From Epiperipatus broadwayi (lineage: Eukaryota; Animalia; Onychophora), in contig JAQFVV010000007.1 of assembly GCA_028023455.1 (NCBI GenBank), positions 15,376,001-15,440,000 on the forward strand: a stretch of DNA of 64,000 nt, in the 5' to 3' direction. Of this stretch, positions 53,385-64,000 are shown one piece after another (within the stretch, counting starts at the first letter, position 1; every line of letters begins with the position of its first letter). Under the pieces are notes generated by a model. The model had not been told where the DNA came from and ran no database searches. It saw nothing but the letters and a program-made list of their open reading frames with translations. The translations under genes and the position numbers were made by a program.

Positions 53385-54320
53385 TGTGATGTACCATGAC
53401 TTCTCCTTAAACGGAATCAGGAATCTAGCAGCAACTATGCCCAAAGAAACCTGTTAACCACTTTACCTTCCCCTTTCATTCCCCACCCTAAGCTTTCCCA
53501 TAATCTGCTCCATCCCATTTCCACAACATAATCTTTGTCAACTCTATGGCCTTTGTATCTAAATCCCCCTTATCTTTTCCCAAAACCAGCATAAAAATCA
53601 ATAACCCACTTTCTGTATAATCACTTTGTTCATATTTATTCTCCCATAACTTCATTATTTGTACACTTTCTGTTTTCAAGCATTTACATTCAATCAACAG
53701 ATGCCTAATATTTTCTATATCTTCCTTACACAATTTGCAGATTAAATCACCCATAATTTTTCATTTACATGTATATTCTCTTGTTGCTAAAGATCCCTTT
53801 CAAGCCTTAAACAATAAGCTACTTTCCTTACTATTACCATAAATTAACTGTCACCCAATGTTCCATTTACTTCTATATATATTTAAACTCTGTTTATTCT
53901 CCATATTAGTTCTCCATCTCTCCAACTCCCTATTCTTATTAATGCATCTATTCTTTTATCCCATTCCTTGCCACTATAACACTCAACAATCCTCCTAACA
54001 CAATCACCCCACCTTTTATACAAGTATACTGATATAAATTCTTTATCCAAATCCTTTGCATACTGCATTACCTTTCTCACCCATCTTGTTGCCTGCCCTT
54101 TTACTCACAACCCAATTAAATACTATTTTGGCTATTCTTTTATTATCCACAAACTGCAACCTACCAAACATTTTCATTTTACTTTTTGCATCTCATATAA
54201 AAACTAGACCATCCCATTTCTCCTTGAATTGCCTCCTTTGCTGTCCATACCTCTGCATCTAATGCATGTCTTCCTACTTCCCTTTGTACTTTCTCTAAGT
54301 AATCTAATACCCTTTTACTA
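53385..54320 (-). mobile_element. Family B LINE 3' fragment
   Basis: ORFs 53488..53754 and 53883..54080 align to the 1792 and 32991 ORFs. TGTGATGTA tail. Confidence 0.9.
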
Positions 54321-55132
54321 AATGCATCATCTCCAGGGCGGTCTCTATGGACACATGTTCAAATAAGTTATTTTTTCTTGGATGAATCCCCTACAGGGGG
54401 AAAAGATATTTAATTCAGAATTGAATTAATTTTAATACTTAACAAGTATATGGATATTTATGATAAAAATTCCACTACTAATACTGAACTTCATTTTTAA
54501 TAGATTGATTTGAAATAGCTTCAGAGTGAATTGGTTGCTTACCTAACCCATTTGCTCTAACAAATTTTTCATAATTCCTTTGATTCAAATTTCATCTTAT
54601 TCCAATTTAACTAGTGATATATACATATATTTTAAGAGAATTGATTTTTCAAAAATTTACAATCAAGTTGTAGTAAGATTTGTATTTAATTCAATTATGT
54701 AAATACTTCCTGTGTTGTATTTTATCGCGCTATAATTTGTATAAACATCCTATTGTTTCTTTCTATTTTAACTCTAATTATTGTTTCCTTCCTGTTTTTA
54801 TTTCTTTTCTTTTTTTTTTTAGGGTAGAAAATAGTTTTATTAAATAAGATCTAGTTTGTAAATGATTTGAAATTTGAATAACTTGTTAGTATAATTGGGT
54901 AAAGTATTATAAAAAAGGGATAGTTTGAGTACATTTCTTTAAAGAAATAATTTATATAATAAATAAAAATAGCTTCCTTCTTTACCGTTTCACTATAATA
55001 TATATATAAAGAATCAACAAATTTCGCATTGCTGTTAACAGTAACCTATTGTTGCGTCATCATATTACCCATATGCCTAATCACTCAAACCTGATACAAA
55101 ATTGTATCAACTTAATATTTTTTTTTTGTCAA

Positions 55133-55205
55133 GCGTTGGTGACCGAGTGGTTAGCACAGCTGCCTTACAAGCAGTTGTCCCCGGGTTCGCTTCTGGGCCG
55201 ACGCT
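55133..55205 (+). pseudogene. tRNA-Gly(TCC)-derived tRNA-like sequence carrying a TAC anticodon (SINE head or tRNA retrocopy)
   Basis: Acceptor stem GCGTTGG/CCGACGC, anticodon arm GCTGC-CTTACAA-GCAGT and T-loop GGTTCG are present. The D-stem pairs poorly. It is followed by an A13 run. Confidence 0.8.
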
Positions 55206-56216
55206 TTGACACATAAAAAAAAAAAAACCTCAACAATCTTTTATCATTATGTATATGTGACAATAACATTTTCTGGCCATTATTTTTTTCAGAAATTGGT
55301 TATGGAAAGTGGGGAATATTGATTCAATGAATTATTTAAATTATAATGACAGGGGATAACTAGGAAGATGTGTATAGCTTCAACAACAAGTTAAAATGTT
55401 GAAATATCATGCCCATGTGACACTCTACAGGTTTGTATTAGTATAACTTGAGTAATCATAGAATATTATACCTAGTGATACTAGATTCAAACCCCTGCAC
55501 TTATTTTGGCTATTTGCTTTTATCATTGAGGAGTATTGTGGTCTGCACATCAAAGTATAAAAAAGTGAAAACATGTTGGATGTGTTTGTATGTAAATCCA
55601 GTGTTCATTGATGAAAACCACTAACTAAATAATAATCTGGGAATTTAAATTGGTCACCGGCATTATCTATTAATTATGAAGTTTATCTAAGATGACTCTG
55701 AAGGAAATTATTGATTCTAATGAAAATATTGATAGTAAATTTGAAGTCATTTTTTGATTGACACACAGATTTTTGTCAAAGAGTCAAATAGTAACTAGTT
55801 ATCTTGTATATATATATATCTTAAAATAATTACCAGACAATCTTTTGTAAGAACATTGTGGTAAGTTTCACAAATGTTAATGCCCAATTCATTGTTTTTA
55901 GTTCATAAAAGATCTTTTAGTCACTAGATGTTATATATAAAGACAATTTCAGATATCAATAACTTGCTGCATTTGAATTTATTATACATCTAGTGCAGTG
56001 ATTTTCAATGGTGTCTTATGAAAATTTTTAAATACCATTAATTTGAATAATTTTTAAAACAAATTCAATGCACAATAAGGATACATATCAAAATTAAAAC
56101 CTCACTCAGTTGATTATGTGAGTATATTAATTATTATTATAATAAATACATGTATATGTAATATAATAAAAAAATATATGCATAATACTGACTTATTTCT
56201 AAAATGGTTGAGGTGT

Positions 56217-56435
56217 AACCTTGAAAAAATAAGGTGTCCATTAATAGTGTGATTTGGTAAAAAGTTTGTCAATGAGTATGTGTTGAAATTATTCAAAGTT
56301 AATAAAGCCACATCATGATAACCTTGAAAAAATAAGCTCATGTGATATGTTCACAAATAGTTTGATTTGGTAAAAACTTGTCAATGAGCACACATATATG
56401 TTGAAATTATTCAAAGTTAATAAAGCCATGTCATG
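56217..56435. repeat. ~102-bp-offset tandem duplication in the hAT subterminal region
   Basis: TAACCTTGAAAAAATAAG...GATTTGGTAAAAA.TTGTCAATGAG...TGTTGAAATTATTCAAAGTTAATAAAGCCA occurs twice. Confidence 0.85.
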
Positions 56436-58047
56436 GCAGGGTTGCATAAGAAAATTTTGACTTAGCAATTCCTTGTTGGGCTCAAGCATACTAAACATAT
56501 TGTGCGGTTCTGTCAATTTGAAATTGTGAAGTAATTGGATGCAATAACCTTTAAGATTCTTGCTTTGAAAAATTTTCAAGTGTGTTTAATTAACATCAGT
56601 ATTTCTTTTTAAAAGGCATTGACTTAATAATTTACTAATTTTTTAAATTTTTGATTTGGAATTTTTTATTTCTATTACATAGCATTCAATTAAAATTAAC
56701 AAGGTTTTAATTAAGAAATGAAAATTGAAAGACAAGCTAGTAACTCAAATGCTATTAGTTCATCTAGTAAATCAGCAAACAAATAATGAAAATTATTTAC
56801 CATTTGGTTCCATATGTAGTAAAGGAACTCCATCATGTTCCGCATGCATAATTTGTGGTGAAACATTAGCAAACAAAGCTATGGTTTCTAGCAAATAAAA
56901 GACACAATCCAGACATTTACACTTATCTGAAAAACCTGTAAAATATTTCTTGCATTCAATAATACTAAACAAGCAAAAATATACAATGGTATCAGATAAA
57001 TAAAAGTGAGTTATATAGTTGCAGAAATTGTCACTAGAAAAGTGAAATGTTACACAATAGCAAAATCTGTTATTTTACTGGCCTACTGTGCAATTATAAA
57101 ATCAGTGTTTGGAGAAGAATACAAAAAGGAAAATTTAAAAATTCTGCTCTCAAATAATACAATTTCTCAGCATATTAAAGATATCTTTGAAAATACTGTT
57201 TGCAATGCATTTGGATGAATCTGCTGATAGTAAACCCCAAATTTTAGCATTTGATAGATTTGTTTGCAAAGAAGGAATTATAGAACAGTTTTTATTTTGT
57301 TGACTATTCCAAACAACAACAAAAGTCCAAAATAGTTTCAATTTTATTGATTCACTTGTATTTTCTTGGGATTCCTGCATATTTGTATGGATGGCATCCC
57401 ATCTATATTTGGAAGTATAAACGAGTTTATTACCCTTGTGCAAAAATAGAATCCAAAAACTATTTTTACTTGTTATTTTCTATGCCGAGATATATTGACA
57501 TTAAAATCATCAGTGCCTAAAGTACAAAAAGTCCTAGACAATGCTATTAAAATTATTATTAATTATATAAAAAAATAGCCCATTGCAATCGAGATTATTT
57601 GAAGAATTATGTTATTCAAGAAGTATAAACATTTTTAAAAATGCAACATTCTAAATTAGGCAATTTACTTATATAAGACTTGGTGTAAATAAATTGCATC
57701 TCTTGCAGAATTATGTCAGTCTTAATAAAAGTATGTAGAAAAATCATAAAATATTCTCATATCTATAGACAAAATTAATGCTTACAGAGAAAAATTATTA
57801 CCCTAAAAAGAAAGGATTAAAAAAAGAAAATGCTGTAGAAATGTTTGAACTAGTGAAAAGGTGTAAACTGGATACAAATCTTGTTGAATGAATTTTTACA
57901 AACTTTACAGATTTATTGCATATAAAATTAAAAAATTATGTTCCTACACCTTCATTTCACATAATATATGTAAATTGAATGAGAAATCTTTTTATTTTAA
58001 GTGTGTGTGTTCATCAGCAAATTTAAATATTACAGAAGAAAAATAAA

Positions 58048-58362
58048 ACAGGCAAAAGCTCTCCATACAATAGTGTCACTCAATGCAAGTCAGAGTAATT
58101 AATGGATGCCAGGGGGCTTGTGCATAAAATCCCTATCTAGTGCCCACTTATCCAATAACCCCACACTAGTTTCTAGCTTGTGGTTTTTGTCAGTAAGGAG
58201 CCTTGGATCTGAGAGCACTGCACCTATAGGGATTTTATGCACAAACCTTTTGGCATCCATTGATTACTCTGGCTTGCACTGAGTGGCACTACTGCATGGA
58301 GAGTTTTGCCTATTTTAATAACAGTTATGAGCAAATATAAGAAATGGTGATCATGTGATGTA
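58048..58362. mobile_element. Palindromic element (~89-bp arms) inserted in the hAT transposase, with a 14-bp TSD
   Basis: Arms 58048-58136 and 58226-58313. TSD AGAAGAAAAATAAA (58034-58047) / AGAGGAAAAATAAA (58363-58376). Confidence 0.85.
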
Positions 58363-58642
58363 AGAGGAAAAATAAACACACATAAGAAATGATTGAGAAT
58401 TGCAATTCAAATATTCAACAACAAATATTACATCATTTTGATTATTTTTTAAGAATGAATTTCCAAATATTACATAAAAAAAAAACTGTTCTGCAATAAC
58501 TAAGATTAAAAACAAATCAGTCATGGTTAGAATCCTTGGAAGAATATGTAAAAGTATATCAGCCCAATATTCGACTTTGCAATAACAATATTCTTAAAAA
58601 AACGTCAAGCTAAGATGAATATTTTCTTTACACCATTTTCAA

Positions 58643-58724
58643 GCAAGGTAAGGACTGGTTTCTATCCACTTTTAACACCTTGTAGAAGATGTTAAAAGTG
58701 GACAGAAACCAGTCCTTATCTTGC
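58643..58724. repeat. 82-nt near-perfect hairpin made of two head-to-head F1 segments
   Basis: GCAAGGTAAGGACTGGTTTCTATCCACTTTTAACA-CCTTGTAGAAGA-TGTTAAAAGTGGACAGAAACCAGTCCTTATCTTGC. Confidence 0.9.
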
Positions 58725-58924
58725 AAGACAGTGGTATAGTGAGAATTACACTACATAAATATTATTTATTAAGTGGATAATCTCTAGTTTAATGAATGAC
58801 TAATACAAAGTAGTAATATTCTTTCACCAAGTGGTTTGTGTCAAATTTGTGAGGGCTGAAAGTTTACATTTATCAGTTATTAGACTGTAGTAGTTGGCTA
58901 CCTATATATACTAAACATTGATAA

Positions 58925-59100
58925 AGATATGTGTAAGAGTTTGTGATCTGGACCAATTGTTCAGCATGAAATGTGCATCTTGGAAATCATACAACTTTTT
59001 CATATGTCTTTGGTTTTATGTTTATGATTACACTCCTCCTCAGGGTGTCAAAAGTGGATAGAAACCAGCCCCTACCTTGTGTGAGAGTGGTGTAGTGACG
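58925..59100 (+). repeat. Dispersed repeat family F1 copy
   Basis: GATCTGGACCAATTGTTCAGCATGAAATGTGCATC...GTCAAAAGTGGATAGAAACCAGCCCCTACCTTGTGTGAGAGTGGTGTAGTGA. Confidence 0.85.
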
Positions 59101-60057
59101 TTATTAATGTCAAGCTCAGATATTTCATTAAATATTAAATTAAACTGACAAATAATTTTTTAAAGGATTTTACTTTTTTTATTATTATAATTTTTTGTTT
59201 GTGTTAATAAATAAATCATAAAAAAATATTATTTTTTTGATAATCATAATTTAAATGTACTGCGGAAGTTTTAACTATAGGTTCAAGTGCTCTTTCAGAT
59301 AAAAAAAAGTTGAAAAACATTGTTGGTCACTAGAAAAGGATCTCTTGTTAGCATAAAATTAGTTGGGCCGGTAGCATTTGCAAGATTGTAAGTGTTTTTA
59401 CTGAAGATCGCATCATGATCTTGTTATTATTTTCAATTATATTAAATCTCATTTTATTGTTTAGTTATGTGCATATATGAACTGCATATTAGTATGTGCA
59501 TTGAGAATGTTTATTATTTAATACTTATTAAACATTTTAGAGTGTTTGGTTTAAATTAATAGGAACAAATATTCAATTTTCTACACACACGCGACATCCA
59601 AATCTGAAAGTTAATGGGAGCTAAAAGCAGTCGCAAAAAAATATTATAAATGCTTGAGCGATAAAGCGTAAGTATGGTTAATTAATGAGTTATCTCTTTA
59701 TTTTTTATGGTTTTTAGTTTATCTTTATGACATAAGAGTTTGCTATTTTCCTGTCAATTAAGAGGAAAGCTTTGATGATGATGATTAAATTATTACTTGG
59801 CTGCAGAATATTGTTTTACCGTGCTTGTGTACAATTATATGATGGGTGACGGCTTTTGTTTACAAAGGAAATCGACGCCCCCCCCCCCCTAAAACCTTCC
59901 TTTAAAAGTTTTGTCAAGAGAATTTTAGTAAATACTGTAGTATTCATTTTCAGTTTTTCTTTAAAATATATATATTTTTCTCTATTATTGAACTTATATT
60001 TTTATTCATTAATAATTTTTTTTAAAATTACTGTGTATAAAATAATAGTAATGGATG

Positions 60058-60405
60058 TATAACGTGGGTGTACAATATGGATAAAAGAATATTAATTTCT
60101 GTATAATAAGTATAGGATTGTAATAGCTGTGTAATATGGGTGTGCGACGTGGTTAAAAATTGCCAGTCGTTTGCTTAATATATGTAGGATTGTATTTATC
60201 ATGCAATATGGATAAAAAATATTTTTTGCTTTCGTGTTTAATCTGTATAGAATTATAGTAAATGTGCAACATGGTTGTGCAACGTGGATATTAACTATGC
60301 TTAGGACTATAATAGCTGATTAACATTATTGTGCAACGTGAATAAAAATTGCCGTCAATTTGTATATATGTAATGGGTGTGCAACGTGACTAAAAAATAT
60401 TATCT
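60058..60405. repeat. Degenerate minisatellite with core G(G/T)TGTGCAACGTG(G/A)ATAAAAA
   Basis: The core motif recurs about 6-7 times at irregular spacing. Confidence 0.7.
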
Positions 60406-60665
60406 TTTTAATTTCATGTTAGAGTTATAACGGCTGTTAAACATAGATATAGGCATTTTTTAGAGAGGAAAAAAAGAGATGTATTTTACATATTAATCTT
60501 GCCAATGATTTTTCGTTTTATAATGTTTAATCTCTTTCTCTTTCTTCCTTCTCTCCGTTTCTTGCTTTTGTAAAAGCCTACGGGCAATTATCATGCTTTT
60601 CGAAAATTTTCTCATGAAAGAGCTACTGTCTTTTCTTTGTTTCGAATAAATCAACCTGTTCTTAC

Positions 60666-60722
60666 CATGGAATTGGACTCAGTGGTATGACTTCTGGATC
60701 AGGTAGGCTCCATGCAGGTTCA
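60666..60722 (-). CDS. Internal coding exon (57 nt, phase 2/2; EPAWSLPDPEVIPLSPIPW) of an unidentified minus-strand gene
   Basis: Acceptor AAACTTTCTTTCAG and donor ATG|GTAAGA. Only one frame is open, its third positions are A/T-rich as expected for this genome, and the length is divisible by 3. Confidence 0.6.
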
Positions 60723-61494
60723 CTGAAAGAAAGTTTGTGCTTAACATTTAAGGTGCAGCTTTTATTTCACTAAAGGTGAGGAAGCTTGACCAAAGTTTCT
60801 GTTTGATTAGTCATTTGTGTTTATCTGAATGTAAGCCAATCAGAAATATTCTGTTTGTTTTGTGCGGTGTATTCCTTAGTAAAAATAAATAAATATTGAG
60901 CAATATAGCAGGGTCTCCTTACTATTAATATAATACAACATTAATTATAATATATTATTAAATACTTACATAATGAATTCTGAGGGTAGAATATATTTTT
61001 CACTGCGCCCTCCCCCCTCTCATTAAGTTATTTATTTGCTGTAGTGGAACACATAATTTAAAACTAATTTTAAACTTATCAATAATAATTTAAAAAATTT
61101 ATAATAGTACTTGATTTGACTATATTTTTCGCCCGTTCTCTTTTTTAAGTGCTAAGTACTTTTCTTTTTATGATGTCTCATTTGAAGCTTCGGTGGGTTA
61201 ATATAATGTTTGTCATATCGTCGTATTTATCGTTCATATCATTTTGTTCGATTTTTTAATAGAAAAATCATTTATTCATAAAATAACTAAATTGAAGCTT
61301 TTGCCCGTAATGTAAAAGATACATATTGCCAAATAAAAAAAGAGAAAAAAAGGTAATTATGATGTATGCTTTTAAATTAATTCTATAGGAATATTTATTT
61401 CTAAATAATTTTTTTGTCTGTTAAACTATATTTTCTAGTTAATGAATTATTATTATCATTAAAAAATTATATATGATTAAATTGTAACAATAAT

Positions 61495-63085
61495 ACATCA
61501 TCAACCATGATCAATTCATTGCAGAATGAAGGACTCAAGTTCAATCCAACTTTTATCTCTAGGCGCTCTCTTTTTTACATCACCCCTGCACATTCTTATT
61601 TCATCTATCCATCTCGCATGTAGTCTCTTTATGGCCTTTTTACAATCTTTTAGAATTCAATTTAAGATCTCACTTGCCCATCTATTATCATCTAGCAATT
61701 TTAACAATGTCATCATCACCTGTTTGTTATCTTATCCATGTATTGCATTTTTGAGCTCTTCTTGTTAATACTAACATGCATCTCTCCATATAGTTTGAGT
61801 GGTCTTAAGTATCTGTATTGCTCTTCTATTCAGTGTCCAAGTCTCAGATCCATAAGTAAGAATTGGGTTAAACATATTTATTAAAAACCTTTTCAAACAC
61901 ATAAGCATATTTCCTTTTTAATATTAAATTATTTCTATTAAAAGCTCTCCAATGTTAATTCTTTGATTAATTTCATCCATTATGTTTTCATCCTTAGTGA
62001 TAATTCTGACCAAGGTATTTGTAATTGTTAACTTTTTCTAACTCAACATTATCAATCTTTATTTTCATCTTTTGAGAAAATCCATTGAACATTATTTTAG
62101 TCTTTTTAATGTTTACCTTTAGTTCTACTTTCTTACTTTCATCAGGTAAGTCTTACAACATTTCCTGAAGCTCTGAAGCATTATTTTCAAAAACAACTAC
62201 ATCATGTGTAAAAATCTAAATGACTTAAATAATCTCTATTTACTTTTACTCCTTTAGATTTCCATTTTAATTTATAAAATACTTCCTGCAGTGCTGCTGT
62301 AAAACATTTTGGAAGTATGGAGTTAGCATTTCTGATACCCATCTCATTGTTAACCATCCTAATATTATGTTATCTAATTGTTTCTGTTGCATTTTTATAA
62401 ATATTCTTCAGAATATGACAATATGCTGGGTTTATACCTTGATGATTCAATGCTTTAATCACTGAATAAATGTTTATAAAATCAAATACCTTTTCATAAT
62501 CTACAAATTCAAAGCATAATGGCAACTCAAATTTGTCTTTTCTATAACTTCTCTCAATCCTTGGATATGATCTACTGTACTAAAACCACTTTTAAATCCA
62601 GCTTGTTTTTTTTTTGGTTTTTTGAAATCCTAAGTTCTCTGTAGACAAATTGTAATTATCTTGATAAAAATTTTGTATAAAACTGGCAAAAGACTGACAA
62701 GTCTGTAATTTTTAATGTCTTCTTTATCATCTTTTCCAAAAATATTAATATTAATACCGCATTCTTTTAATCACCTGGTACATCTTTATCATTTAGACAT
62801 TTGGAATATAACTTTGCCAATTTTTTTTGTATTTCTTCACCTGCTTATTTTAAGATAATAATTGTAAATCCATTATTACCAGGAGCTTTTTCCTTCTTCA
62901 TAAATTTAATTGCATGTCTCACTTCTTCATTTAAAACCCTGGGCAATTCAGATGTAACAGTTGTAGTGGATACTTGTTCTTTATTACTATATAATTCTTG
63001 GTAGAACTCTTCCATTCATTTTATGATGTCACGATTGTCATCTCTTTTTAGTAATAGTCCCTCTTTTTTTTTATTGCAGATATGT
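61495..63085 (-). mobile_element. RTE-clade LINE, 5'-truncated, inactivated
   Basis: Colinear with 39020-40640 (KGKAPGNNG, YRLVSLLPVLYKIF, FVDYEKVFDF, YKYLGQ), with a (CAT)n tail on +. Confidence 0.9.
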
Positions 63086-63879
63086 TTCCTATCAATTTCA
63101 ATAATACACATACATACATGAAAATAAGTTTAAATTTTTTAAAGCTTCCCCTTCCCACAGACTGATAAAATAGCCTTTAAATGGCCTCAACAGGGCAAAG
63201 ACCTCACATCTTAAATAAACAATTTGTCCAACTTTGTTTACCTGATACCTTATCTGCTTATGCACCACAATGGAATGATTGTTAGGATAAGTTTGGACTG
63301 ACTGGAAAAAAAATCTTAATAATCATGATTAAAACTGGTTATTTAAAATGATTTTATCCAGCACTGATTGGATCAATATTAAAGATATGGCAGATCTATA
63401 TATTATATGACATCATAACATTATTCATCCTGTGATGTGTAATACAACAATAGAATGAGAGATTCTACAGCCTAAGATCCATGGATCACAGGCCCACTCA
63501 GTCACTTCCTCTACTCAAACTTCTTATGAAACCATTTGATTATTATGAGATGTCAATAAGAAATGTCAGGACAAGAATGTTGGAGTTATTTGTCCAATGT
63601 GAGCTGTCAGCAAGGCAAAGAAGGGAACATGTGAAAAAAAAATGTATTTGATTCCCAAGATGCATATTTTATGTTTAACCAGTACTTATTATTTGACCAA
63701 GATCATAATCTCTCACATGTATCTTTATCATTATTTAGTATATAGATAGCCAATTACTACAGTTTAATTGATAAATGTCAAATTTATTGTCTTCACAACT
63801 TTGATGTAAATCAGTTGATGAAGTATATTGTTAGACTAGAAATTTTTCACTTAATAAATATTTCTGTAGTGTAATTTTC

Positions 63880-63960
63880 ACTCTACCACTCTTATATAAG
63901 GTAGGGACGGGCTTCTATCCACTTTTAACATCATGTGGAGGGGTATAATCATAACATTTT
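63880..63960 (-). repeat. Dispersed repeat family F1 copy (reverse)
   Basis: TTCACTCTACCACTCT...GGGCTTCTATCCACTTTTAACA is the reverse complement of the F1 core. Confidence 0.75.
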
Positions 63961-64000
63961 AGTTTAACAAAATGGCTAAAACTAAAACTTTAGTTACCAT

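Larger units (their letters stand above)
55996..59322 (+). mobile_element. Decayed hAT (Charlie/Buster-type) DNA transposon with nested insertions
   Basis: Left end CAGTGATTTTCAA follows ATCTAGTG; the putative right end is TTGAAAAACATTG. The transposase relic at about 56830-58000 gives CIICGETLANKAM, SYIVAEIV..K..TIAKSVIL, LSNNTIS..IKDI, LDESAD and EQFLFC. The right-hand TSD does not match. Confidence 0.8.

Noticed and set aside
55133-55205. Ordinary functional tRNA-Val(TAC) gene
   Set aside because: The body is Gly-type, the D-stem pairs poorly, there is no T4 terminator, and a diverged sister copy has a TSD and A-tail.
60577-60702. Selenoprotein (UGA read-through) reading of the plus 126-nt segment spliced to exon 1
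   Set aside because: Two frames have a single TGA, but the peptide resembles no selenoprotein I know, no SECIS is visible, and the overlapping minus exon explains the sequence better.
1-64000. CRISPR array, operon or other prokaryotic/phage system
   Set aside because: There are no constant short repeats with unique spacers and no long dense ORFs. Spliceosomal signals, LINEs and microsatellites show eukaryotic DNA.

Overview
This is strongly AT-rich eukaryotic genomic DNA (about 25-30% GC by eye, not computed). It is most likely from an arthropod, possibly a chelicerate; that is an inference from the tRNA-Gly acceptor stem and the LINE types. No prokaryotic operon, CRISPR array or intact long ORF is present, and nearly all tracked ORFs are retrotransposon or transposon relics or chance ORFs. 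Genic signal is sparse and spliced. It consists of a convincing signal-peptide first exon on + (12789-12876), two phase-compatible candidate + micro-exons (26888-26928, 28279-28333), a clean 57-nt exon on - (60666-60722), and a probable divergent promoter with RFX X-box-like motifs near 7.85 kb. The rest is intron-like DNA packed with RTE-type LINEs, a second CCHC-ended LINE family, Penelope relics, a decayed hAT (Charlie/Buster) transposon with nested insertions, a short tRNA-Gly-derived SINE, and at least nine unrelated fold-back elements. I could not identify the host genes and cannot support a complete new biological system. The best leads are the anticodon-shifted tRNA-Gly SINE, the X-box-carrying fold-back family, the opposite-strand overlapping exon candidates at 60.6 kb, and the hairpin density.
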